64,000 nucleotides of DNA from Candidatus Bathyarchaeia archaeon (GTDB lineage Archaea > Thermoproteota > Bathyarchaeia > Bathyarchaeales > Bathycorpusculaceae), in assembly GCA_050012255.1 (NCBI GenBank), contig JBEKHN010000013.1:1-64000 (forward strand). The letters are read 5' to 3'. Positions 39,644 to 50,398 of the stretch are shown here, piece after piece. Each line of letters opens with the position of its first letter. Positions within the stretch are counted from its first letter, which is position 1. Under the pieces are notes generated by a model, which saw only the letters and a program-made list of their open reading frames with translations, was not told the DNA's origin and made no database searches. The position numbers and the translations under genes were made by a program.

Positions 39644-40216
39644 TCATGTTGGCCGTTGGACTATAAAGCCGCCACCCCTCAGCTTGTGGACTATCGTCCA
39701 GCCTTCTTGCAGGTGCTCTAAGAGCTCACTTTCTGGAATCTTCTTAAGACCGTGGTCCGTCGTGGTTGAGATATCAGTGCGCTTTGAGAAGAGCTTTATG
39801 CCGTAGGCTTTTATCTTGTCGTAATCTTCCTTTTCTAGCGGTGTGCCCGAGACCAGTTTCGTCTGGATTTCGCTTATTGCTTCTTGCTTCTTGAGCCTGT
39901 CCTCGACTGAGGTGGATGTCTCGCTTGTAAACTCTAAGAACGGAACAGCTTCGCGGAACTTCGCTCTTAGCTGCTCTATATTGGGTCTTACTGTAGGGGC
40001 TTTCCTCTCCTTTGCCTTTCTCCCGCGGATTTTCCTTGCCCAGTTCGTGCTTATCCCGATTTGCTCTAAGGCCGTATTGACCCATCGCCTGCCATCGTGC
40101 AGGGTGAATGGAACCCCAGCCTCATCACTGAGCCGAATAATCGTGTTGCCGAGCATTATGCATGGCAGCAGTTTGTAGGGTTTAACGGTATGCAACCAAA
40201 TATGGTCGTACGGCAT
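39644..40216 (-). pseudogene. C-terminal remnant of a tyrosine recombinase
   Basis: FTLHDGRR..TALE..NW...RGRK; the GEESPYS segment (candidate catalytic Tyr) lies in another frame at 39990-40010. Confidence 0.7.
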
Positions 40217-40261
40217 TACCTTTCTCCCCTAACTTTTCTTCGATCCAGTCTTTGTAGTCTA

Positions 40262-40445
40262 GCGCGCATGGTTGTTCCGAAATTGGCCTAAAATGGTTTT
40301 TATTCGCCATTTATCATTTAAGGGCATTTTTGGAATCCATATCTGTTCTTGATTTCTTTGGACATCTATCTTTATCGAACCCGGCAGAAACGTGCAACCA
40401 CGAATTTTGACCATTTTTGACCATTTTAGGAACACGCATGCGCGC
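40262..40445. mobile_element. MITE-like element type D, copy 1 (184 bp, TA flanks)
   Basis: GCGCGCATGGTTGTTCCGAAAT / ATTTTAGGAACACGCATGCGCGC; colinear with 48772-48955. Confidence 0.82.
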
Positions 40446-40527
40446 TAATCTCCTCTTCCTTGAAAGTGTACTTGAAATTCATAACGGAATTAAGGGCAAG
40501 TTGCACTAATGCATGTTGTGAAAGAGC

Positions 40528-40938
40528 TTGCTCTTTAGTGAGTACCTTCACGAGAAAGCCGAGGAATCAAGGCACAACGAGACCATCGGCTACCTGATAG
40601 TAATAATCGGGTCCTTGTTCTTCATCGGAGGGCTTCTCGTGACGGTGATCATGACTGTGATAACGGCTGAGAACCCAGAATGGTTCCTGATAATACCATA
40701 TTATTTGGCTCCCCACCCCTACAGCCTTCTCGGTTTGTCCATGACTTCTGTCGGCTTCACTCTCCTCATAATTGGAATAGCCTTGGGGATACACTACGCC
40801 AGAGAAAGGTCATGGTACATGCGAGAATTGCACAAGGCACATTCAATGGAGGAACAAAAACTGAAAGAGGAGAGAAAAAGCCTGACAAAAACAGTGTGGG
40901 CAGAACTGGCCGAAAACAAAGTGGAGAGTCCAGCTTAA
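40528..40938 (+). CDS. Two-TM membrane protein
   Basis: EYLHEKAEESRHNE N-terminus and two hydrophobic helices. Confidence 0.75.
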   Translation: MLFSEYLHEKAEESRHNETIGYLIVIIGSLFFIGGLLVTVIMTVITAENPEWFLIIPYYLAPHPYSLLGLSMTSVGFTLLIIGIALGIHYARERSWYMRELHKAHSMEEQKLKEERKSLTKTVWAELAENKVESPA

Positions 40939-40942
40939 TAGT

Positions 40943-42430
40943 CTAGCCCTTCATGACTGCCAACGGGACAAATCTCGCAACCTTCGTGGCTATGCCAACC
41001 TTGTCGCTAACGTCGACTACCATGTCAACATTCTTGTAGGCCGGATCGGCCTCCTCAGCCAAGACCACAGTGCTCGCAGAGCGCACATGGATGCCACGTT
41101 CCTCCAAAGCCTTCTTGACGTCGCCACCCCAGAAATTGCGTTTTGCGGCACTTCGACTCAACCTGCGACCAGCACCATGAGCAGTCGAACCGAACGTCAC
41201 CTGCATAGCCTTCTCTGCACCAACAAGAAGCCAAGAGCTGGTTCCCATGCTTCCAGGAATAAGCACAGGCTGCCCTGCGGAACGATAGGCTGCTGGGACC
41301 TCTGAATGACCAGGCGGAAACGCGCGGGTCGCACCTTTTCTGTGAACCCAAACCTTCTTCTGAACTCCATCGACGTTATGAGTCTCTATCTTCGCAATGT
41401 TGTGCGCAACGTCGTAGACGAGTTGCAACCCGAACTTCTCAGGGTCCTCATTGAAAACTTGCCGAAAACTCTCTCGAACCCAGTGCAGGATTGTCTGCCT
41501 ATTGACGAACGCGTAGTTGACCGCGCACGCCATGGCCTGATAATAGTCCTGTGCCTCCTGACTCTTTCCAGGCGCACACGCAAGCTCTCTATCGGGCAAC
41601 AACAGCTTGTATTTCTGAACCGCTCTTTCCATCACTCGCAGGTAATCCGAGCATACCTGATGACCAAGGCCCCTCGAACCGCAATGAATCATCAGCGTGA
41701 CCTGTCCTTCACGTTCGATCCCAAAGGTCTTAGCCGTTTTAGCGTCAACGATCTTGTCAACCCTTTGGATTTCCAAGAAATGGTTTCCAGAACCAAGGGT
41801 GCCGATTTGCGTCAGACCTCTGTTCTTCGCGTTTGATGACACCTTGTCAGGGTCAGCGTTCTTCATGCAGCCGCTTTCTTCGCAGTGTTCGGCGTCTTCA
41901 GGCCAACCGAGCCCATGGTCGATGGCCCAGTTGACGCCTTCTGTTGCAAGTCTGTCCAAATCGTGAAGCGATACTTTGAAGTCTTTTCTTCGGCTTCCGA
42001 GTCCACACGGAACGTTGTCAAAGATCGTGTTTGTGAGTTGAGCAAGCTTCGGCCTCACGTCTTGTTCTGAGAGGTTTGTCGTGACGAGGCGAACACCGCA
42101 GTTAATGTCATAACCTACTCCGCCGGGGCTGATCACTCCTTCTTCGTAGTCCGTTGCCGCAACGCCGCCGATTGGAAAACCATAACCCTCGTGACCGTCA
42201 GGCAAGGTTATAGCGTGCTTATAGATCCCCGGCAGATGGGCCACGTTTGCGCATTGCTGAAGAGTTCTGTCTGTCTGCATCTTCTCCAGCAAGTCTCTGT
42301 TAGCGTACACTATGCCCGGAACCCGCATGCCCGACTTGTACTTGGGAATGCGCCACGAGTAATCGTCTATTTTCTCAAGCGGAACCCTTTCCTTAGGGGC
42401 CCGTCCCTCTCCCTCTTCCATCTCTTTCAC
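40943..42430 (-). CDS. rtcB: RNA-splicing ligase RtcB
   Basis: PDGHEGYGFPIG, GYDINCG, GSGNHF, HRKGAT, STAHGAGR. Confidence 0.97.
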   Translation of the reverse strand: MKEMEEGEGRAPKERVPLEKIDDYSWRIPKYKSGMRVPGIVYANRDLLEKMQTDRTLQQCANVAHLPGIYKHAITLPDGHEGYGFPIGGVAATDYEEGVISPGGVGYDINCGVRLVTTNLSEQDVRPKLAQLTNTIFDNVPCGLGSRRKDFKVSLHDLDRLATEGVNWAIDHGLGWPEDAEHCEESGCMKNADPDKVSSNAKNRGLTQIGTLGSGNHFLEIQRVDKIVDAKTAKTFGIEREGQVTLMIHCGSRGLGHQVCSDYLRVMERAVQKYKLLLPDRELACAPGKSQEAQDYYQAMACAVNYAFVNRQTILHWVRESFRQVFNEDPEKFGLQLVYDVAHNIAKIETHNVDGVQKKVWVHRKGATRAFPPGHSEVPAAYRSAGQPVLIPGSMGTSSWLLVGAEKAMQVTFGSTAHGAGRRLSRSAAKRNFWGGDVKKALEERGIHVRSASTVVLAEEADPAYKNVDMVVDVSDKVGIATKVARFVPLAVMKG

Positions 42431-42495
42431 CTACTGCTACAGAAAAGTGACAAAGCGGAAATATAAACGATTTTGAAAGGCTAGACTGATGAGAG

Positions 42496-43440
42496 CTACT
42501 TTGCGGAAACATTGCCGTATTTTTCCGCAAACTTCAACGCGCCCTGCACACTGTGGTCAAACACCACTCCGCATAGAACCGGATGAGCTTTGACATATTT
42601 CACGGCTTTGCGGACAGATTCGTCGCTCTCAAGAATCTTGTCGCGAACGGCTTCAAAACCTTGCTTGTCACGCAGTCCTTGTTCTGCAATGGACACCCAA
42701 AGCTTCAGTTGGTTCGCGTACGCTCGAAGCTTCTCAACCGCGCCAATTGCCTTGCCAAAATGACTATAATACAGAGCTTTTGGATTGAGACCTATCAGCT
42801 TCTCCAAGGAAGCCAGTGAGGCGTCCAAGCGGAAAGGCGGAGGTATGGTGGGAACGACAACGTCGATGTCTTTCAAGTAAATGCCGGCAGCGTCTCCTGG
42901 GAAGATTCCGCCGCTGAATGTTTCGTAATAGCTCTGGTGGTGAGAAGCGTGTCCGAGGGTTTCCACAACTCTGAGTCTAACGTTGTTTCCAATGTCAACG
43001 GTCATGCCGTCTGCGGCCGCGATGATTCGCTCGGCCGGAACAGGCTCAGGCGCACCGTACAGTTCTGTTATCTCCTTTCCGAGAACTTCGCTTGACTGTT
43101 GCCAGAGTTTTTCGGGGTTCACGAGGTGAGGTGCGGCTGCAGGATGTACTATGACCTTTGCTTTCGGCAAGTTCCTCATGAGGGTTCCGACGCCTCCGCC
43201 ATGGTCCAGGTGGATATGGGTGACGGCAACATATGCGACATCTTCCGGTCTGACGTTAAGTTTCTCTAAGCCAGAAAGTAGGTTGGGCACCGAGGACGTA
43301 GGACCGGTTTCAACAATCGCCACCTGCTTTCCCTTTAGAACATAGCTGGCGATGAAATTCTCAAGTCCGCCTGGCGAAACGTCTACGAGAAATATGTGCT
43401 CCTCAAGTCTTGTCACGTTCATTTCAACATGAACCGCCAA
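42496..43440 (-). CDS. MBL-fold metallo-hydrolase
   Basis: THIHLDHGG, GHASHH, GD, HFG. Confidence 0.92.
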   Translation of the reverse strand: MAVHVEMNVTRLEEHIFLVDVSPGGLENFIASYVLKGKQVAIVETGPTSSVPNLLSGLEKLNVRPEDVAYVAVTHIHLDHGGGVGTLMRNLPKAKVIVHPAAAPHLVNPEKLWQQSSEVLGKEITELYGAPEPVPAERIIAAADGMTVDIGNNVRLRVVETLGHASHHQSYYETFSGGIFPGDAAGIYLKDIDVVVPTIPPPFRLDASLASLEKLIGLNPKALYYSHFGKAIGAVEKLRAYANQLKLWVSIAEQGLRDKQGFEAVRDKILESDESVRKAVKYVKAHPVLCGVVFDHSVQGALKFAEKYGNVSAK

Positions 43441-43523
43441 GTGTTGGTGAAGTCTTAGCTGCCGCTAACCGTTTAAACATTTTCCTAGAAGCAGAAAACC
43501 TGCAGATTCGAATCTGACCCTGA

Positions 43524-43751
43524 CTACTTGCGTAGCTGCTTCTTCTTCTCTCCCGGATCGGGCTCAGGCTCACCTGTGCCAAGAAGCACTCTGAGCGATC
43601 TGACTTCTTCTCTCAGCATGCTGACCTCACTCTCTAGGGCTTTAGCCTTAGAGTCGGCCATCTTCTTGAGCTCCTCAATCTCCAGCAGAAGATTCTTGCG
43701 CTCATTTTCCAAAGTCCTGAGATGCTCTACCATGCTCTTAAGATTGCTCAT
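43524..43751 (-). CDS. Small coiled-coil protein
   Basis: Heptad pattern from MSNLKS. Confidence 0.65.
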   Translation of the reverse strand: MSNLKSMVEHLRTLENERKNLLLEIEELKKMADSKAKALESEVSMLREEVRSLRVLLGTGEPEPDPGEKKKQLRK

Positions 43752-43837
43752 GAACTTGACTCCCTGTTCTCCCCGTCGATACAAACCGATTTGACAAATT
43801 TAAAGATTCTTGCAGAAGCCACGTTGGTGGAAGCGTT

Positions 43838-44287
43838 CTATATGTCAAGTATGAACCTCAGCGTGACCTCACTGGGGTGCTTGACGATTTCCATACGGTG
43901 ATAAGTCACAGCTTTAACACCTACCTTCTGGAGGTGTTTGCTTGGGTCGAATTCTTCTCCCCATATTCTCGCATTAAGCACGAGCCGATCCTGAATTTGG
44001 CCTAGGTGCCAGACTTCGAATTTAGAGTAGAGCATCCCGCTCACGTCAAACTTCACAAGCAAAGCTTCAAGCCAGTTGTAGAGGAGAGCGAACTCGTCTT
44101 CACCGGTCACCTCAACCCTGTCTTCCACCTTGGGACTTACCTTTTCAACCTCTGTCATGACGTCAAACATGGCAAGCGCAGCGTTTTCAAAAGCTATCGC
44201 CAGGTCCTTTCCGTAAGCGGCTATGTAGGCATCTGCCGTGTGCTCTAGAAATTCGAAGCCTTTCTTCTCGCCCATTTCTTCAACCAC
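43838..44287 (-). CDS. Archease
   Basis: EHTAD, KAVTYH, terminal LDI; close to rtcB. Confidence 0.93.
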   Translation of the reverse strand: MVEEMGEKKGFEFLEHTADAYIAAYGKDLAIAFENAALAMFDVMTEVEKVSPKVEDRVEVTGEDEFALLYNWLEALLVKFDVSGMLYSKFEVWHLGQIQDRLVLNARIWGEEFDPSKHLQKVGVKAVTYHRMEIVKHPSEVTLRFILDI

Positions 44288-44510
44288 GGAAATATTGAAC
44301 GAGCTAATCTAAAAACAGTTTTGCTCACAGCTGAGAGCGATTTACTCACAGATTCTTGGAAGTTTCTGACACAGACTGGTGAAAAGTAGGTTGTCTCCGA
44401 CTTGCTCGGAACAGCTTAAACATTGGACAGAACCTTTTCTTTGAGCCTCCTTCACACACTACTGCTCTCGCCACATTTTTCTTCAAATACTTCATAGAGA
44501 GGCTCAGTAG

Positions 44511-44980
44511 CTAGCAAAGGCTTTGAGTAAGCTCCAGAAGAATCTCGACAGCTTTTCTGACAAAAACCGTGCACCTTTCCTCGAAGACATTTGTCCTGAC
44601 AGCTTTGTCCCACTGCTCGGGAACCGACAGATCAAATCCGATGAGTTTTTACACAAGACGCTTCCGTTCTGCGCCTCAAATTGATCGTAGAATTTCTGAG
44701 CGGTCTCATACGCCTTCAATCGCTCTTTCATCAAAGGCTCATTAGTTCCACATTTTAGGCTTATAGCCATCACGCCGCCAGTCAAAGCTCCGCAGACAGA
44801 TCCGCATCTTCCGATTCCTCCTCCGAAACCCGTGGCAATCTTGGGAACTAATTCATTCTTCAAATGCCAGTGCTCCAACATCGTTAGGAGGACACTCTGA
44901 GCACAGTTGTAGCCTCGTTTGAAATGTTCTGCGGCTCTTTCACCGAGCCCATTGCCATGATCCAAAGGTTCGATACTCAC
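44511..44980 (-). pseudogene. C_GCAxxG_C_C family protein, frameshifted
   Basis: YNCAQS, GFGGG, CGALTG; restoring 1 nt near 44646-44650 gives CKELIGFDL..ERCTVFV..* ending at 44511. Confidence 0.75.
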
Positions 44981-44985
44981 CCTGG

Positions 44986-46029
44986 TTAGAAGTATTTCGG
45001 AACCTTCTTGACAGCGGCGACACAGAGCTTAACAACGTTCTCTGAGTCAGTTAGGCTGAGCAGCGATGTTGGGCTGTGAATGTAGCGTGTTGGAACGGAT
45101 ATGGTGCCACTTGGGACCCCTTCCTTCGCCAAAGATATGCGGCTTGCGTCTGTCCCCCCTGGCAATCCTGCTTCGAGCTGGTACGGAATCTTGTTTTCCT
45201 CCGCCGCATCGACCAGCAGTCTCAACACTTTGGGATGAGTTATAAGCCCATAGTCTGCAACACTGAGTGACGGCCCCTTGCCAACCTTCATGGGTGCGTC
45301 AGCTTCTTTAACTCCGGGCATGTCTCCGGCTATCGTTACGTCAAGCGCGATACCGACGTCAGGGTATATTCCGTAAGCGGACGTCATTGCTCCCCTGCAG
45401 CCGACCTCTTCTTGCACTGTCCCGACAGCATACACCGTGCATTCTGTTTTTTCAAGACGTTTCATCACTTCAACCATAACAGCGCAACCTATCCGGTCAT
45501 CGAAGGCCTTGCCGATCACGATGTCTTTTCCAATCCGCGCGAATTTTACGTCAAACTCAACGGGGTCTCCGATCTTTACCCCCATTTTCCAAGCTTCTTC
45601 TTGGCTTCTTGCCCCGATGTCGATGAACAGTTCATCGCTGGCAATGACTCTCTTACGTTCGTCTTCTTTCTGTATGTGCGGAGGCTTAGATCCAATTATG
45701 CCATGCAGCGGCCCCTTCTCGGCGTAGACCATGACTTTTTGAGCAAGCAGAACGCGGTCGTCTATCCCGCCTATCTTCATGAATTGCAGAAAGCCCTCTT
45801 TCGAAATGGTTTTAACAAGGAGACCTATTTCGTCCATGTGGCCGGCAAGCATCACTCTCGGAGCATTCTTCTTTCCTTCCTTTACAGCTATCACATTCCC
45901 AAGCTTGTCCTCCTTGATTTCGTCAACGTAGGGTTTCAAGAACTTCTGAATCAAACTTCTAACTTCTTCCTCTCTGCCCGCAACTCCACAAGCGTTTGAC
46001 AACTTCTCTAATATTTCAGAAAGCGTCAT
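44986..46029 (-). CDS. M42 family aminopeptidase (TET)
   Basis: GHMDEIG, KAFDDR, QEEVG, GGTDA, RYIHSP. Confidence 0.95.
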   Translation of the reverse strand: MTLSEILEKLSNACGVAGREEEVRSLIQKFLKPYVDEIKEDKLGNVIAVKEGKKNAPRVMLAGHMDEIGLLVKTISKEGFLQFMKIGGIDDRVLLAQKVMVYAEKGPLHGIIGSKPPHIQKEDERKRVIASDELFIDIGARSQEEAWKMGVKIGDPVEFDVKFARIGKDIVIGKAFDDRIGCAVMVEVMKRLEKTECTVYAVGTVQEEVGCRGAMTSAYGIYPDVGIALDVTIAGDMPGVKEADAPMKVGKGPSLSVADYGLITHPKVLRLLVDAAEENKIPYQLEAGLPGGTDASRISLAKEGVPSGTISVPTRYIHSPTSLLSLTDSENVVKLCVAAVKKVPKYF

Positions 46030-46309
46030 TCCAAATCCTCTTGAAGACTAACCAGTCTCTGCTGTTTCATATTAAACAATTGCGGTGACTCTTCCCCGCA
46101 AAAAGAAAAAAGTCAAACAGAAGCAGCCCAAGAAAATTGTATAGCAAAAATTTCTGTACTGATTCTGGCGCCTAGAATTGTGGTTCAATGCCCCCAGAAC
46201 TGAAAAAATGACCAGTGAGCTTTCTTTGCGTGATTAAAGTCCACAAATGCCCAAAAGAACGGCAATTCTTAAACCTCACTTGCTCTAACGATTAGGTCAA
46301 GGTGTTGCT

Positions 46310-47272
46310 TTGCCAGAGTCGCAGTTCAAGAAGGTGTTCATTTTTCTTGACACTGATAAACATGCGAGTCCTTTTGATATACTAACAACCGTGGATATTT
46401 TCCCTGAAGCTGAAATTCTGAAATATGAGAACGTCACCGTCGAGGACGCTGAAAAAATAGTCTACGACACGATATTTCCACGAGGGCCTGAAGGCGCAAA
46501 GTACACGAAAATCTTCATAAACGGACGCGATTTCAGAATAGCAAACGAGATTCTAGAGAAAATTGAGAAGTGTATGTTCCCCCCGTTTGAAGTCGCAGTC
46601 ATAATCGACCCTAGAGGCGCGTACACCACAGCCACGGCAGCGGTCGCAAAAACGCTGGAACTCTCTCTCGCAAGAGGTCTCGGAGACTTTGACAAGAAAA
46701 AGATCACGGTGCTGGCTGGAACAGGACCAGTCGGGCAAACAGCCGCAAGACTCTACGCGGCTGAAAGAGCCGAGGTAATCGTGACTTCCCGCTCCCTCCA
46801 GAAGGCCTGTTCTGTAGCGACCAAAATAAACGAGGAACTTGAAGTTGAAAGAGTTCGAGGCGTGGAAGCCCAAACCCCCGAAGACGTGGGAAAAGCTATT
46901 GAAAACGCTGACATGGTTCTCTCGGCAGGAGCTGCAGGAACAGAACTTCTTCCTCTAGAAGTGCTCAAAAAATGTGGAAAGAAATGCAGCATAGTGGCAG
47001 ACATCAACGCCATTCCACCCATGGGGGTTGAAGGACTAAATCCTAACGCTGATGGAAAAGAGATTTTGCCCAACATTTTCGGAATTGGCGCGTTGGCAAT
47101 TGGGAAACTCAAGAACAAGGTTGAAGCGGCACTCATCAAAAAGGCGGCTGAAGAACCGAAAGGAAGCTTCGACTACAGAACAGCTTACGAAATCGCCAAG
47201 AGCACTGTAGCGGCAAAGAAAGAAGAAAAGAAACGACTAGAAGCCGAAACGCCGAAGCACTGGCTACCTTAA
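46310..47272 (+). CDS. NAD(P)-dependent methylene-H4MPT dehydrogenase (MtdA/MtdB-like)
   Basis: SPFD, IFPRGP, DPRGAYTTA, GTGPVG, DINAIPP.G. Confidence 0.85.
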   Translation: MPESQFKKVFIFLDTDKHASPFDILTTVDIFPEAEILKYENVTVEDAEKIVYDTIFPRGPEGAKYTKIFINGRDFRIANEILEKIEKCMFPPFEVAVIIDPRGAYTTATAAVAKTLELSLARGLGDFDKKKITVLAGTGPVGQTAARLYAAERAEVIVTSRSLQKACSVATKINEELEVERVRGVEAQTPEDVGKAIENADMVLSAGAAGTELLPLEVLKKCGKKCSIVADINAIPPMGVEGLNPNADGKEILPNIFGIGALAIGKLKNKVEAALIKKAAEEPKGSFDYRTAYEIAKSTVAAKKEEKKRLEAETPKHWLP

Positions 47273-47320
47273 CGCATCTCATTCGCGAGGGGAAGTTGTA
47301 CCGCTTGCCAGCGCAGGGGT

Positions 47321-47617
47321 TCAGAGCTGAAGGCTACCTGTGTTGAACCGTTCTATGGCACGTTCGAGAGCGTCGACCCATACCCCAAGCTCTGGTTTAT
47401 TTTCGACAGCAACAACCTTTCCCCTATGGTCAACCGTCATTTCAACGACGTTCTTCAAGATTATCATCGGCTTCTCGGAGGCCCTTCCATCCTCTTCTTT
47501 GCGTGGAACCATGACCAAGTCTGCGCCATCAGCCTTGAGAAAAGTGTTCCTGTCCAAGAAGAAGCCGTTTAAATAGCAATTCCTGAGCTTCACCTTCAAA
47601 CGGCGCAACTCGCTCAT
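47321..47617 (-). CDS. Hypothetical protein
   Basis: ATG-initiated 98-aa ORF filling an intergenic gap. Confidence 0.55.
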   Translation of the reverse strand: MSELRRLKVKLRNCYLNGFFLDRNTFLKADGADLVMVPRKEEDGRASEKPMIILKNVVEMTVDHRGKVVAVENKPELGVWVDALERAIERFNTGSLQL

Positions 47618-47764
47618 CCACGATGCCTTCTACTGGTTTGATAGTTGAAAGGACTCTTAAGGCTTTGATAATCGAACCGAGCAAAACCTCAAGAGATATG
47701 TGGATTGTTTTTTAGTTTTTGTTTAACCAATTGTTAAATCTCAAAATCGCTTGTAAGAAAAGAA

Positions 47765-48115
47765 GTGAAGAATCAACGAGAGGAGCTTCTCTCTATGAGC
47801 ATAGAAAGGCAGATTGTTTCATACCTGATGAAGTATGGAAACACTAGAGAAATTGATCTGATAAGTTATGGTGTGCAGAATTTTGTTCGACCCCCTGAAA
47901 AAATGAAGAAGATAATAGACCGAATGGCTGTAAAGGGCAAGATTCACCGCATCGTCCACAACAAGCTCAAGCCACCCGAAGTGTACATAGGCCTAGAAGA
48001 GTCTCTCCCTATTCACCCGATGATAGAGGACCAAATCGCCAACGATGAAGCTAGGAGGATTCTTGAAGAAGCAGCTTCAGTGGCGGAACATACAAGTGGA
48101 GATGGACGTCCATAG
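47765..48115 (+). CDS. Hypothetical winged-helix-like protein
   Basis: IVSYL..G..E.DL....KGKIHRI pattern. Confidence 0.6.
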   Translation: MKNQREELLSMSIERQIVSYLMKYGNTREIDLISYGVQNFVRPPEKMKKIIDRMAVKGKIHRIVHNKLKPPEVYIGLEESLPIHPMIEDQIANDEARRILEEAASVAEHTSGDGRP

Positions 48116-48278
48116 AGTCTGACGCTTGCACCATGGCGTTACTGATTCAGCTTCAGAGCTAGTCAGTTTTGAAAATAGTCATCGCCAACAGGGAACAATG
48201 TGGAGTTTCGGACACTTTCGCCCAGATGCTCACTTTAATGGCGATGTACCTTCAAGGCCCCCTTTTCGCGCCGGTCTT

Positions 48279-48476
48279 TCAAGCAGGGTGCCGACGTAGG
48301 ATTAGAAGAAATGTTGCTGCTCCGGAAATGCATGCACACCATGCAAGCCAATAGTTCGAACCAATGTGATCAAGAGCATCAATAGTGGTTTCGTTGACAC
48401 CTAGAATTATGGTAACGAGGCCTACTGCCAACAGGAAGATGTACAATGTTTGATGGAGTTTACGTCCAGTCTCCAA
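48279..48476 (-). CDS. Small two-TM protein
   Basis: Two hydrophobic segments. Confidence 0.4.
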   Translation of the reverse strand: METGRKLHQTLYIFLLAVGLVTIILGVNETTIDALDHIGSNYWLAWCACISGAATFLLILRRHPA

Positions 48477-48678
48477 TGCCTACCCTCTCCTTCGTAATGT
48501 GTAACTGTGCCAGTTATAAAATACTGCTATTGAATGCTTGATACAAGGCTTGACTCGCATATACTGTATTTTAAAGAGATTTCCGAAGACCAGCTCCTTC
48601 AAAGCCCAGCACGCGCCAACAAGAACTCGATTCACTACAATGCTTAACCCACTTCTTGAAAAGCTTAGTCCTCCGTAG

Positions 48679-48771
48679 CTGGTCGCCTTTGAAGGCGGCG
48701 AGTACCATACAGCAACCGCTGAAAGCCTCAAGGAAGATGAAGAAGTACTCAAAGCTGGGTTTGAGTTTGTA
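48679..48771 (+). pseudogene. Integrase C-terminal tail fragment
   Basis: LVAFEGGEYHTATAESLKEDEEVLKAGFEFV resembles VEFDEESQNYHHAIAKDEKEAGELIDNGWTYI of the 6991-7878 integrase; cut at GCGCGC. Confidence 0.6.
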
Positions 48772-48955
48772 GCGCGCATGCTTGTTCCGAAATTGGCCTA
48801 AAATGGTTTTTATTCGGGTTTCATGGTTTAGGCAGGGTTTTGGGCTCCCTATCTGTCCTTGATCGTCATAGGTACTTGTTTTCCTCGAGAGCGGCAGAAA
48901 CGTGCAAAATGGAATTATGATCATTCTTGACCATTTTAGGAACACGCATGCGCGC
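48772..48955. mobile_element. MITE-like element type D, copy 2 (184 bp, TA flanks)
   Basis: Same length and termini as 40262-40445, diverged middle. Confidence 0.82.
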
Positions 48956-49216
48956 TATATATGAGCTCGGAATGAATCTGAACGAGTCCATAGTCTCTTC
49001 AACGAGAAGTTGCACTTCTTCAACCTATTTTCCGTATAGGAATCTGACCTGTCCCTCTTCAACGAGGATCTGGGGATAGGGGAAAATGAGCTGTGCACTG
49101 CAAGTGCAGCATCTGTAGCGAGTGTAGCGGACATCTAGCAATACTCAAACTTGATAGACTTGACCCGAGTCAAGTCATGCTGCTGGTATCCCACGTGGCA
49201 TAATCGCACGCGATGT

Positions 49217-49441
49217 TCAGCCTTTTTGTCTTTTCAAATTTTTCCATAAGTCTGAGACCCGTCCAGCTTTTACGAGTTTCCACTTGCCGAAAAGGTCCTT
49301 CTTATAGAAATGATATAAACCGCAGCCCGTGCATTGCATGATTCGCTTATTGTTCTCAAAATCAACTTCATAGAGGTTTAGGGATGAACCGCGATCAGCG
49401 CAGTTGCCCACAATGGTTTTCTTTGCCTTACTTTCCACCAA
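49217..49441 (-). CDS. Small zinc-ribbon-like protein
   Basis: CADR (degenerate CxxC) and CTGC. Confidence 0.6.
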   Translation of the reverse strand: MVESKAKKTIVGNCADRGSSLNLYEVDFENNKRIMQCTGCGLYHFYKKDLFGKWKLVKAGRVSDLWKNLKRQKG

Positions 49442-49654
49442 ACTTGCTTCCTAAAGCAGAATGAATTAGAGTAAGGGAGCTGAATGTTTGAAGCTTACTG
49501 ATTGTTAGCCGACTTTGGCCATAAACGATGAACAATGTGCGCCAAGCTTATCATTCTGTGGAACCATCAACGAAATGCTTTGCCCGTTCAAGCACGCCCC
49601 AAGCCCGAGATCTTTTTAGATGCCCAAATGAAAAAGAATGGAAATACTATACTG

Positions 49655-50398
49655 TCATCCAAGCAGCTTCTTTTTTCCCTTTTCGTATTCCTCTTTTGTT
49701 ATTCCGCCACTCTCATAAAGAGTTTTTAGCTTCTTGATCTCATCTGCCATTGACCCTGAAGCACTGGGCCCTGTCTTTCCAGCCATTGCCTCCAGAGATC
49801 CTGCCATTTTTTGCTGTTGGAAAACAGATCTCCAGTCCCTTAGTTTGCCCACTAGTGTTTCTCTCGCCTGGTTGGGGTTAGCCACATCCCACAGCATGTT
49901 TCCTCTGCCCTTGACTACGTGAGGCGTCGCAGTTGCTCCACCACCGAAAACTCCTCCGCGAATTAAACCGCCGCCTCTGACGGTAGCACCAACTTCAAGA
50001 CCTGTGGTTGTTACAAATACCAATGAACCGCAATTGAAAATCCTTGCTAGCATACCTTGATTAATATGTACATCACTTATTTGGTCAAATATCACTTCCC
50101 TCGTGTAGTTCCCAAAAACCCAAGACTTATCGATGCGAACTGACCTGTCAGTTATATGGTAGGTGAAAGCATTCTTACTAAGGTAGTACACGCCAAAGTA
50201 CAAAAATGCAATAAGAGCAAAAAAACCATAAAAATACGCTCCGAAGGTTCCAGTCCAAAACAGAATAAAGAGGAACAAGATCAAAACGATTGTGATGACC
50301 CCGAAATATATCGCAAACTTAACTAGCGTCTTCTTCATGAACGGTTTACCTGTCCAAAGCTCTGGAGGCGGCGGAGCAGGATAAGATGAATCAGACAC
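49655..50398 (-). CDS. Membrane protein with bacterial PH domain and SHOCT tail
   Basis: Two TM helices, YHITDR, QGMLARIFNCG, LKTLYESGGITKEEYEKGKKKLL. Confidence 0.85.
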   Translation of the reverse strand: MSDSSYPAPPPPELWTGKPFMKKTLVKFAIYFGVITIVLILFLFILFWTGTFGAYFYGFFALIAFLYFGVYYLSKNAFTYHITDRSVRIDKSWVFGNYTREVIFDQISDVHINQGMLARIFNCGSLVFVTTTGLEVGATVRGGGLIRGGVFGGGATATPHVVKGRGNMLWDVANPNQARETLVGKLRDWRSVFQQQKMAGSLEAMAGKTGPSASGSMADEIKKLKTLYESGGITKEEYEKGKKKLLG

